Assembly: GCA_025992705.1 (NCBI GenBank)
Contig: DAJPGJ010000001.1
Location: 399,264-463,263, forward strand
DNA from: Coriobacteriaceae bacterium
GTDB lineage: Bacteria > Actinomycetota > Coriobacteriia > Coriobacteriales > QAMH01
Length of the DNA stretch: 64,000 nt
Direction of reading: 5' to 3'
Positions within the stretch are counted from its first letter, which is position 1. Each line of letters begins with the position of its first letter. Of this stretch, positions 55,192 to 64,000 are shown piece by piece. The notes beneath the pieces are model-generated. The model worked only from the letters and a program-made list of their open reading frames with translations, had not been told where the DNA came from and made no database searches. Made by a program: the position numbers and the translations under genes.

Positions 55192-55599
55192 ATGATTAAA
55201 AAACGCCTTATCGCATGCTTTATCGCGGCGATCATGTCCTGTACCTGCCTGTTCGCGTTTGCGGCATGCGGGTCGTCAGATGCCAACGAGCTCGTGGGCG
55301 AGTGGAAGATCAAGGACACAGAGGTCACGGTCGTCTTCTCGGGGGATAAGTTCAAGCTTGTCGGCAACACCTTTGACTACACGATCGACCCTGGTTCCAA
55401 GACCATCACCTACAAGTCGGGCGATGCGACAGGCGAGGCAAAGTATAGCTTCGGCAACAACGGTCAGCAGCTCACGCTCGACGAGAGCGATGGCGCGGGT
55501 GGTACGAAGACCACCGTGTTCGATAAGGTTTCGAACAATGGCGATGCCGAGCCATCGGCCAATGGCGCGGTGGCCGAGGGTGACGCTGCTGTCGAGTAG
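55192..55599 (+). CDS. Lipoprotein, function unknown
   Basis: ATG 55192 with RBS AAGGGAG. Signal peptide plus lipobox FAACG. Confidence 0.6.
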   Translation: MIKKRLIACFIAAIMSCTCLFAFAACGSSDANELVGEWKIKDTEVTVVFSGDKFKLVGNTFDYTIDPGSKTITYKSGDATGEAKYSFGNNGQQLTLDESDGAGGTKTTVFDKVSNNGDAEPSANGAVAEGDAAVE

Positions 55600-55795
55600 G
55601 CAGCCACTTTACATGTATTTTACGCATCTCCATTGCCATCAAGCGCTACAATGTTCCAACGCTTGCGAGTGCGTCGCATGGGCTTGGGCGGCATCATGTC
55701 CCGAACCTGGTCAGGTCCGGGAGGAAGCAGCCATAAGGGGCCTCTGGTGGGCGCCCAAGTCCATACGGCGCACTTGTTGTGTGAGTTAGGGAGCA

Positions 55796-56647
55796 ATGGA
55801 AGTAATACAGTTTTTCATCGACCTACTACGTGATCCGCGTGGATTCATCGCGCAGTGGATCATCGAACTGGGTCCCGTGTGGGTCTACACACCGTTGTTC
55901 CTCATCATCTTCGTCGAGACGGGCCTGGTCGTCACGCCGTTTCTGCCGGGCGACTCGCTGCTCTTCTGCGCGGGCATTTTCGCGGCCGATGGTGGCGGCC
56001 TCAACATCTTCGTGCTCATCATTCTCATGACGATTGCCGCCATCCTGGGCAACACCTCCAACTACTGGATTGGCCGCAAGGTGGGTCAGGCTATCGTGGC
56101 AAGTGGTCGCGTCAAGGCGCTCACGCCCGAGCGCATCGAAAAGACGCAGGCCATGCTCGACAAGTATGGTTCGATTGCCGTATTCCTTACGCGCTTTTTC
56201 CCGATCATCCGCACTTTTGCGCCGTTTCTGGCAGGCATGGGCGAGATGCACTTCGGGCGTTTCACGCTGTTCAACGTACTCGGCGGTGTCACCTGGGTGT
56301 GCCTGTTCACGCTGCTGGGCTACTTCTTCGGCGGCGTGCCCTTTGTCCAGGACCATTTCGAGCTTGTCATCATTGGCATCGTGGTCATCTCGTTTATCCC
56401 CACCGTTGCCGGCCTCATCAAGGCCAAGATGAGCAGAAAAAGCGCCAGCAGGAAGAGGCGGACGCCGAGTAGACTGCTGCTGGGACGCTATCGAGACAGA
56501 TGTACCTGTCCAATGTGTCTCATATTTGTCCTGCTTTGGCAAGAATCCCGAGCTATGGCACCTCCCATGTGCCACATCTCCCTGAACTTGCCGCATCTGC
56601 CAAAACCGCCGACCTCTGGCACATCCGACGTGCCAAAGCTCGCATAA
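55796..56647 (+). CDS. DedA-family membrane protein (the 3' end is probably mis-framed)
   Basis: The FVETGLVVTPFLPGDSLLF motif is present. After the A5 run at 56437-56441 the tail becomes an implausible Cys/Pro-rich sequence. With one extra A the protein would end ...KKRQQEEADAE* at 56472. Confidence 0.75.
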   Translation: MEVIQFFIDLLRDPRGFIAQWIIELGPVWVYTPLFLIIFVETGLVVTPFLPGDSLLFCAGIFAADGGGLNIFVLIILMTIAAILGNTSNYWIGRKVGQAIVASGRVKALTPERIEKTQAMLDKYGSIAVFLTRFFPIIRTFAPFLAGMGEMHFGRFTLFNVLGGVTWVCLFTLLGYFFGGVPFVQDHFELVIIGIVVISFIPTVAGLIKAKMSRKSASRKRRTPSRLLLGRYRDRCTCPMCLIFVLLWQESRAMAPPMCHISLNLPHLPKPPTSGTSDVPKLA

Positions 56648-56789
56648 CTTGACGCGCCGGCGGAAAAAGGCGCGCAGCGGGATGCCGTCTCGCCTCCCAC
56701 CCGCGTTTCGACAAGGTGACAGAATGCTAAACTGAGGCGCCGTGGGGTTAGAATCTCCGCAAGCTTATCGTTGAACGAAGGCAGGATTC

Positions 56790-58620
56790 ATGGCTCTTTC
56801 GCTGTATCGCAAGTATCGTCCCGAGGTGTTCGCCGATGTCGTCGGCCAGGAACATGTCGAGAAGACGCTCATCAACGCCATCTCGGAGGGCGCAGTTGCC
56901 CATGCGTACCTGTTCTGCGGACCGCGCGGAACGGGCAAGACCACGTCGGCGCGTCTGCTTGCCAAGGCGCTCTTGTGCGAGTCGGCCCAAAACGGTCAGC
57001 CTGATGGCGCATGCCCGCAATGCCTCGAGATCGCGCAGGGTACGCATCCCGACGTCTTCGAGCTCGATGCCGCAAGTCGCACGGGTGTCGACAACGTGCG
57101 CGAGGAAATCATCGGGCGTGTGGGGTTTGCTCCTACGCGCGGTCGCTTCAAGGTCTACATCATCGACGAGGTGCACATGCTGTCGACGGCGGCGTTCAAC
57201 GCGCTGCTCAAGACGCTCGAAGAGCCGCCCGAGCACGTCGTCTTCGTGCTGTGCACGACCGATCCGCATAAGGTCCCCGAGACTATCCAGTCCCGTTGCC
57301 AGCGTTTCGACTTCCGCCGCTTCTCCGTCGAGGAGATCGTGGGTTATCTCGAGCGTATTAGCAAGGGCGAGGGCTTCGAATACGAGCCCGAAGCACTTGA
57401 GTTCATCGCTGCAAAATCTGCCGGTGGCATGCGCGATGCCACGACGGCGCTTGAGCAAGTCGGTGTCTATACCGAGGGCAAGATCACGCTCGACGAAGCG
57501 ACGCGCATGTTCGGCCAGATCGACATTGCAGCGCTTTTCGAGATTGCGGGATACATCGTGCGACGCGACACACCGTCGTGCTTCGTCTGGATTAACGACC
57601 TCGTGGGCCGCGGCGTCGACCTCGCGCAGTTTGCGCGCGACCTTGCTTCGCACCTGCGCAACCTCTATGTGACGGCTATTACCGGCGGCGAGAACGGTAT
57701 TGTTGCCTGCACGGCTGCTCAGCTCGAGCGCTATCGCCAGCAGGCAGTCGAGTTCGGCGGTTGTCGACCGCCTCGCGCGTGCGCTCGATATCTGCGGCGC
57801 GCTCGTCGCAGAGCTACGCAACTCCGCCGATGCGCGCCTGAGCGTCGAGATTGCGATGACGCGCCTTACGCGTCCTGATAGCGAGCTTACGCTCGAGGCG
57901 CTTGCCGAACGCACTCGAGGCTCTCGAGCTCAGGCCCATCGATGGCGGCAGCACCTGTCATTTCGAACGCAGCCGAGAAATCCCAGCCAGCGCCTACTGC
58001 GGGTAGTAGCGTGGGAGATTTCTCCACTCCGTCGCCTTACGGCGACTCCGGTCGAAATGACAATGAGGCGATGCCCTACGGCGACTCCGGTCGAAATGAC
58101 AGCCTTGCGGACGAAGCGTCCCCCTCTGTCATTTCGAGAGCGAAGTGAGCGACAGCGAGCGCAGTCGAGAAATCTCCCCTGCGGCCGACATGTCACCCGA
58201 ACGCCTACTTGCCGCCTTGCTTTCCGTGGTCAAGCGCGAAGACGCGGCCACGGGCGCGTTGCTTTCGGTGCGTTTCGCTATCCACGGAGGATGGGCAGTA
58301 CCAGCTACTCTTCCCTACGGGCTCTGACTTCCAGATGCGGCATCGTGAACGGCCCCGATGCCAAGGCCATCATCAACAAGGCCTTTGCCGAGGTGCTTGG
58401 CCATGAGGTGCACTTCAGCTGCCAGATCGGGTCGTTCTCGGGCTTATCTGCCCAACCGGCGCCGCTGACGAGCGAGCCTCCCGTGAGCATTGCCGATGAT
58501 GTCCCGCCGATAGACGATGGATATTTCGAAAGTCTGGTGGCTGAGCAGCAGGCAACTCCTGTCGATGAGATGCCAGCCGATTTTGCCGACGCCCTCTCCG
58601 CATTCGGAGCAGGGTGTTAA
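56790..58620 (+). pseudogene. dnaX: DNA polymerase III gamma/tau subunit, reading frame interrupted at least 4 times
   Basis: The N-terminal 320 aa are intact (GPRGTGKTTSARLLAKAL). The conserved segments that follow are spread over all three frames, with shifts near 57759, between 57.9 and 58.18 kb, at 58286 and at 58356. Confidence 0.8.
57956..58175. repeat. Type B repeats inside dnaX (4 copies, mixed orientation)
   Basis: Copies at 57956-57983 (+), 58016-58062 (-), 58074-58101 (- partial) and 58127-58175 (+). Confidence 0.9.
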
Positions 58621-58657
58621 AGTACAAGAGATAAACGACGAGGAATAAGGAGCCACA

Positions 58658-58978
58658 ATGGCTAAAGGAATGAACCCGCAGGCGATGCTCAAGCAGGCTC
58701 AGAAGATGCAGGCCAAGATCCAGGCCGTGCAGAGGAGGCTGCACGCGAGACGGTCGAGGCAACGGCTGGCGGTGGCATGGTCACTGCGACCGTGTATGGC
58801 GACCTGCGTATCAAGAGCATCGAGATCGACCCTGAGGCGCTCGACCCGGAGGACGTCGAGATGCTGCAGGACATGATCGTTGCCGCTGTCAACGAGGGCA
58901 TCGCCGATGCTCAGGGCGATGGTCGAGGAGCGCATGAGCGCCGTCACGGGCGGTATGAACATCCCCGGGCTTTTCTAG
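58658..58978 (+). pseudogene. ybaB: YbaB/EbfC nucleoid-associated protein, two frameshifts
   Basis: MAKGMNPQAMLKQAQKMQAKIQAVQ lies in one frame. EEAARETVEATAGGGMVTATVYGDLRIKSIEIDPE...EGIADAQ lies in another. AMVEERMSAVTGGMNIPGLF* returns to the first frame. The shifts are near 58732 (-1) and 58915 (+1). Confidence 0.8.
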
Positions 58979-58984
58979 CCGCAC

Positions 58985-59584
58985 ATGAAGAAGGAAGCTT
59001 CCATTCAACATGCGCTCGAGGAGATCGAGCGCATGCCGGGCATTGGCCCCAAGTCCGCGCAGCGCATACTCAACTGGCTCTTGACTAGCGATGATGAGGG
59101 TTGCGCTTGGCATTGCCGAGGCTATCGTCGACGTCAAGAAGGCCATTCATCTTTGCCCGCGTTGCCATAACTTCGCCGAGGGCGAGCTCTGCGCGATTTG
59201 CTCGGACCCGCAGCGCGAGGCTGCGACCATCTGCGTCGTTGCCGAGCCGCGCGACGTCGAGGCCATCGAGCGTACGGGAATCTATCAGGGCCTTTATCAC
59301 GTGCTTGGCGGCGTCATCAATCCCATGGAAGGCTCGATGCCCGAGGACTTGCACATTGCCGACCTTATGGCGCGCTTGGGCTCCCGAGGCTGTCGAGGAA
59401 GTGCTCGTCGCCACGAACCCCGATGTCGAGGGGCGAGACTACGGCGAGCTACCTGGCCCGCATCATCAAGCCGCTGGGCATTCGCGTGACGCGCTTGGCA
59501 AGCGGCCTTCCCGTGGGTGGGGAGCTCGAATATGCCGATGAGGTCACGCTCGGCCCGCGCCATCGAATCCGCCGCGAGCTGTAG
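58985..59584 (+). pseudogene. recR: Recombination protein RecR, three +1 frameshifts
   Basis: The HhH N-terminus (MPGIGPKSAQRIL), the Cys4 zinc finger plus Toprim region (CPRCHNF..CAICSD) and the C-terminus ([13 protein letters not shown]) lie in successive frames. The shifts are at the G-run near 59099, the C-run near 59385 and the G-run near 59431. Confidence 0.8.
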
Positions 59585-59701
59585 GCTCGCCCACATGTCA
59601 CGTTCCCGTTACCGGCACTGCATCATGCTGGAGTATAATAGCCGCTTACATTGCAAATCCCTGCGCAGCACGCATGCGCATGCTAAGCGAAAGAGCAACA
59701 C

Positions 59702-61118
59702 GTGTCAGATTCAAAGGAATCCGAGGTCTTTCAGCACTTCGGCGCCTATAGCGGTTTATGACCAAAGCTACTATAGCCACTTCAACGTCAAGCGCGGTCT
59801 GCGCAATGCCGATGGCACGGGTGTCGTGGCTGGCATCACGTCGATATCCAACGTGCATGGCTATCTCACGGACGAGGGCGTGCGCGTGCCCGATGAGGGA
59901 CGTCTGACCCTGCGCGGTTATGACATCGAGGACCTTGTCGATGCCGCTGCCACCGAGGGCCGCTCGGGTTATGAGGAGCTCGCGTATCTCCTGATAGCGG
60001 GCGATCTGCCCAAGCGTGCCGAGCTCGAGCGCTTCAATGCCGCCATCGACGGCTATCGCAATTTGCCGGATGGTTTCGTCAACAACCTCATCATGAACTA
60101 CCCCTCCGAGAACGTCATGAACATGATGGCGCGCAGCGTGCTCATGCTCTACGCCGCCGATGGCGCAGACGAGATCGATGCCATCAACAAGCGCCACGAG
60201 ATCGAGGTTGCCGTTCAGCTCCTGAGCCGTCTGCCGCGCATCGCTGCCCTGTCCTACCTGGCGAGTCGCCAACGCACCGTTCCCGGCAGCCCCATGTACA
60301 TCAATCCGCCCAAGCCGGGCCTTTCGACTGCAGAGACCTTTCTCTACATGCTGCGTCACGACATGCAGTACACGGCCGAGGAAGCGCGCATGCTCGACAT
60401 CATGCTCATGCTGCATGCCGAGCACGGCGGCGGCAATAACTCGACCTTCACCACGCGCGTACTCACTTCGAGCGGCACCGATGCGTACTCGGCATACGCC
60501 GGTGGCATCTGCTCGCTCAAAGGACCGCGTCATGGCGGTGCAAACATCAAGGTCAGCGAGCAACGCCGTGATCTCATGGAGCAGGTGCGTGACATCAGCG
60601 ACGAGGGCCAGATTGCCGATTACCTGCGGCGCGTCCTCAAGAAGGAAGCCTTCGACAATAGCGGCCTCGTCTATGGCATGGGCCATGCTGTCTATACGTT
60701 GAGCGATCCGCGTGCGGTCATCTGCAAGAAGTACGCGCGCGATCTCGCGGCTGGCACGGAGTACCAGCAGGAGTTCGAGCTCATCGAGACCATCGAGCGT
60801 CTCACCCCCGAGCTCTTCGAGGAAGCGCGCGGCTCGCGCAAGGCGATTTGCGCCAACATCGACATGTACTCGGGCCTCGTGTACACGATGCTCGGCATTC
60901 CCGAGGAGCTGTACACGCCACTGTTCGCCACGGCCCGCATGGCTGGCTGGGCAGCGCACCGTTTCGAGGAAATCGTCGAGGGCAAGCGCATCATTCGCCC
61001 CGCGTACAAGGCAATCAACAGCACGCGTTCGTACATTTCCATGGACGAGCGCGAGCAGGCAGTGCAAGAAGAAGTCGTCGAAGAGATCGATCAGGTGCAG
61101 ACGTTCTACAACGACTAG
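59702..61118 (+). CDS. Citrate synthase (the N-terminal 17 codons are in a different frame)
   Basis: The citrate synthase core includes LMLHAEHGGGNNSTF. GTG 59702 gives VSDSKESEVFQHFGAYS, then one extra G near 59753 shifts into the long frame (VYDQSYYSHFNVKRGL...). Confidence 0.8.
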
Positions 61119-61154
61119 GCAGACAAGCAACGAGAAGCGAAAGGGCGTGCTCGT

Positions 61155-61793
61155 ATGGCAGAGGAACTGAAGATTGGTACGGCAGAGGAGCGCGAGGAGC
61201 TGGCCGAGCAGGCGCTTACCGACGAGAGTCTTGTCGATGCGCTCGCGCAGGAGATAGCCGGTTCAAGCAGGATTCGTCGTCAGAAGGCCGCCTCGACCGT
61301 CGCGCTCATCGCCGACAAGGACGCAAGCGTTCTGCTTCCCTATGCCGATGACATCGCCAGTGGCCTGACCAAGCCCGAAGCACAGACGCGCTGGGAAGTT
61401 CTGCATGCGCTTGACCAGATGGGCAAGGCCGGCCAGCGCTATGACGAGGACGTGCTCGTTGCGGCGGAGGACTCGCTGTATGACGAGACGAACGGCTTCG
61501 TGCGCGAGGCCGCGTTCCACTTCTTCTGCGGCTACGGCAGCGCGTCGGTCGACAATTCCGAAGAGGTCTGGACGCAGATCGACGAGGCCATCCAGTGCTA
61601 TCACGGCAACCCCGAGTTCACCGACATGCTCATGCAGCTCGTCGCCTTTGCCGAGGGCAACATCTCGCTTGCCACGAGCTCCGCGCTCGCCCAGCGCATG
61701 AAGTTCGATTCCGAGAACGCATCGGGCACGCTGCGCATGCGCTCGGAGCAGATCGTCGCCGCTCACAAGAAGCGTCTCGAGAACGAGAAGTAG
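61155..61793 (+). CDS. Hypothetical protein (alpha-helical, HEAT-like by eye)
   Basis: 212-aa ORF with coding-like composition. No family recognised. Confidence 0.55.
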   Translation: MAEELKIGTAEEREELAEQALTDESLVDALAQEIAGSSRIRRQKAASTVALIADKDASVLLPYADDIASGLTKPEAQTRWEVLHALDQMGKAGQRYDEDVLVAAEDSLYDETNGFVREAAFHFFCGYGSASVDNSEEVWTQIDEAIQCYHGNPEFTDMLMQLVAFAEGNISLATSSALAQRMKFDSENASGTLRMRSEQIVAAHKKRLENEK

Positions 61794-61804
61794 CTCGCGA
61801 CCTT

Positions 61805-62275
61805 CTATCGCTTGTGTACGGGATGCAGGCTGAGCACCTCTGCCAATCTGCTGGCATAATACCGCGTGCCATTTGACGTGCCGCACTCCTCGCCGATGTT
61901 GAGGAGCAGAAGCTCTATGACCTCGCTGCGATTCCTGAAGAGCATGGGATACTTGCGCACAAGCAAATCGAGAAAGCCCACCGCGTCCACGTCAAGGGTG
62001 ACGTGTATGTAGCGCGAGGCCATGAGCCGAGGGTTCCTGATCTGGTCGATAACCCTGTCCGCTCGCAGCCGCACCAAACCGATGACGAAGCTATCATCGG
62101 GTTCTGCCACGTAGATGTGCTCGGATAGAAAGATAATGGTCTCGACAAGCTGGCTTACGCTCGCGAAAGTCAACGTATCGTTCTTGAGCAGTGGTAACAC
62201 AGAAGCGTAGATGTCCTCGCTTACGGCGGCCCGGATCGTCTCCTTGGGTTTCTCTCGTTGCGGTCTACCAGTCAT
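61805..62275 (-). CDS. Hypothetical protein
   Basis: 156-aa ORF in a lower-GC stretch, convergent with the upstream gene. Confidence 0.5.
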   Translation of the reverse strand: MTGRPQREKPKETIRAAVSEDIYASVLPLLKNDTLTFASVSQLVETIIFLSEHIYVAEPDDSFVIGLVRLRADRVIDQIRNPRLMASRYIHVTLDVDAVGFLDLLVRKYPMLFRNRSEVIELLLLNIGEECGTSNGTRYYASRLAEVLSLHPVHKR

Positions 62276-62365
62276 CTACATTCCTGTCTCATAGTGGCAT
62301 CACACGGTTATGCGCAGAGCGGATTATAAGGCAAGGAGGCGTACAACGGGCAGGTTTGCGTCATC

Positions 62366-63013
62366 ATGAGGGGGATGGGGCAGATGGAGAAGAGGCGCAC
62401 ATCGAACGACGTGGTCGTTCTGACGACACACGAGCGGAGCGGATACTTCACGGCAGTGCTTGGGGATGATGTTGACCTGCGCTTTAACCCGCACCAGGAA
62501 GGCGCACTCGAAGACGTGCTCCACAACACGATTGTGGCAGGTGGCACGCTTGCGATCATCGACGAAGCGCACTTCATAGATGCCGATGACATGGCCGTCG
62601 GGCTCGAGAGATTCTTTCAGGAGGAACCCCATCCGGAGCGGCTCAGGCTTATCGTCGTCTGCACGCACCGCCAGGCAGGTGATCCGTTCCTTGCCTTTCT
62701 TGTTCTGTATTGCGGAATCCACAACATCATTTACGGAAAAACCGGCGTTGACGTCAGCATTGAGCTGAGCAGGCTCATCGAGCGCGACAACACGCGCGCC
62801 GATGTATTGCATCTTGCCGAATCGGGCCGCTGGCAGACGGCGAAGCGCGCTGGCCTGCAGCTGGACCTTGGCGACGATGCGTCCAGCGAGCTGATCGAAC
62901 GTGATGTGCCGGAGAAGGACCCATTCAAGAAGATAAGCCGCGACGTGCTCATCGATGTCAAGGGCGCCCGGCTTTTGAACTTGCATATCGAAATCAGCGC
63001 TGTCGTGGAGTAG
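62366..63013 (+). CDS. Hypothetical protein (alternating beta/alpha pattern)
   Basis: 215-aa ORF. The alternative start ATG 62384 lies after GAGGGGG. Preferred over the antisense ORF 62324-63118 on composition. Confidence 0.45.
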   Translation: MRGMGQMEKRRTSNDVVVLTTHERSGYFTAVLGDDVDLRFNPHQEGALEDVLHNTIVAGGTLAIIDEAHFIDADDMAVGLERFFQEEPHPERLRLIVVCTHRQAGDPFLAFLVLYCGIHNIIYGKTGVDVSIELSRLIERDNTRADVLHLAESGRWQTAKRAGLQLDLGDDASSELIERDVPEKDPFKKISRDVLIDVKGARLLNLHIEISAVVE

Positions 63014-63130
63014 GGACGGCCGATCGAAATCATGGTTTGAGAAAAGCCATATCTTGTCGAGATGATTTTGTAGAGACGTGACAACGAGGGCGGGTACCCT
63101 GCTTCCTCGCAAGAGCAATAGCGAGGAGTA

Positions 63131-63391
63131 ATGATGAGCATCGAGGTTCCGCCTGCGCCTTCACACGAAAGCGCCCAAGCCGTCATGGCACGCCTCTCCC
63201 GGTTTTCGCATGAAGAGGCTCCCGAGGGGCAAAGCGAGCGTACGTCGCGTCAGCCGCGCATGTTGCTTGCCGTGTCATGCCTGCTGTCAAGCTGCGGAAT
63301 ACTGCTGCTTATCTGTGCAATCGCGGTCATCTGCGTGCCCGATTCGGCGCTGTCGCGCACCATCACCCTCGTATGCGAAGCACTGTTCTGA
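63131..63391 (+). CDS. Small membrane protein (86 aa)
   Basis: One clear TM segment (LLAVSCLLSSCGILLLICAIAVICV). Confidence 0.35.
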   Translation: MMSIEVPPAPSHESAQAVMARLSRFSHEEAPEGQSERTSRQPRMLLAVSCLLSSCGILLLICAIAVICVPDSALSRTITLVCEALF

Positions 63392-63404
63392 GGGGGAATG
63401 CGCT

Positions 63405-64000
63405 ATGGCCGAGGAGCTTACGTTTGATTTCGAGACATCCGAAGAGGCAGGGGAGGATCTCTCGCTCGATTATCCGGCAGAATTGCAGGCCTCGACGCTT
63501 CTGGGGACGCACGTCAAACGCGATGCCCTCATTTCGGCGATGCTGCAAGACCGCAATGCGCTGCGCCTCATCATGGCGCCGCACGGCTTCGGGAAGACGG
63601 AGCTTGCGCGCGAGTATGCGCAGCGCCTCTTCCCTGACACCTCCGTTACCTGGATTGATGCCGCAAGCCCTGATTTTTTGCTCGCGCTCGACAGAGACGA
63701 GAACATGATCGTGAGGCAAGGCGATGTCTGCGCAAGCCTCGTCATTCTCGATAACATACCCTGGCTACACGAAGAACGCGCCCATGCCCTCTCTCGGCAC
63801 GTTGATGCGGCTCTCTACGCGGGCATCGAGGTCATCGCAACGACGCTGCCCTCTTGCGATGTTCTGAGCGCCCTGCAGGCCGATTGCTTTTCCATACACG
63901 CGGTCGAACTGCTTGCAACCGAGCAAGAGTGCGCTCCGCGGCAGGTGACCGAGCAGGATGGCGGCAGTCGCGCATTCGGCAAGAAGCGTTGGATCGATGC
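63405..64000 (+). CDS. N-terminal NTPase-like part of a putative MalT/LuxR-type regulator (3' end outside window)
   Basis: ATG 63405 after GAGGGGGA, open to the window edge. P-loop-like APHGFGKTELAREYA is present. Assignment is tentative. Confidence 0.4.
   Translation, partial: MAEELTFDFETSEEAGEDLSLDYPAELQASTLLGTHVKRDALISAMLQDRNALRLIMAPHGFGKTELAREYAQRLFPDTSVTWIDAASPDFLLALDRDENMIVRQGDVCASLVILDNIPWLHEERAHALSRHVDAALYAGIEVIATTLPSCDVLSALQADCFSIHAVELLATEQECAPRQVTEQDGGSRAFGKKRWID

Noticed and set aside
56556-56635. A sigma-54 promoter suggested by TGGCAC
   Set aside because: The required TTGC element 5 nt downstream is absent in both copies. They are symmetric palindromes instead.
56473-56789. An SRP (4.5S) RNA or tRNA gene upstream of dnaX, as found in many bacteria
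   Set aside because: I found no GGAA-tetraloop domain IV-like sequence (AGGUCAGG...GAAGCAGCC) and no tRNA T-arm motif on either strand. A covariance-model scan would still be needed to exclude it.

Overview
This is a 64-kb, visibly GC-rich bacterial chromosome segment. The gene content suggests a Coriobacteriia/Eggerthellaceae-like gut actinobacterium, but that is inference only because no search was possible.

**Positions 1-38 kb: accessory redox island, almost all on the + strand.**
- Four paralogous molybdopterin (bis-MGD) oxidoreductases lack a signal peptide. They are served by three small 8-Cys ferredoxin subunits.
- Two 651-aa OYE/2,4-dienoyl-CoA-reductase-type flavoenzymes flank a short-chain dehydrogenase/reductase (SDR).
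- Other genes are a LysR regulator, three MFS transporters, a lipoprotein of the SMP-30/gluconolactonase fold, a second SDR, a MOSC protein, cysK, an anion permease, an NMT1-type ABC importer followed by a radical-SAM gene, and purB.
- Nearly every intergenic gap in this half holds a repeat family with core GGGGACAGACCC (about 43 copies). It is often combined with a second hairpin repeat (TGTCATTTCGAGCG...GTCGAGAAATCT) into A-B-A mosaics.

**Positions 38-64 kb: mostly housekeeping genes.**
- OmpR/histidine-kinase pair, purC, an amidohydrolase and a DinJ/YoeB toxin-antitoxin islet.
- An 11-gene Tad/Flp pilus operon on the - strand.
- Two trkA-like genes, serS, dedA, dnaX-ybaB-recR, citrate synthase, hypothetical genes and the start of a LuxR/MalT-like regulator.

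**Main points of interest.**
- The molybdoenzyme supercluster has no assignable substrate.
- The duplicated ferredoxin genes appear homogenised by gene conversion.
- The mosaic repeat system also invades the dnaX coding region.
- At least 10 single-base frameshifts are confined to 56.4-59.8 kb.

No rRNA, tRNA, CRISPR array or transposase was found.
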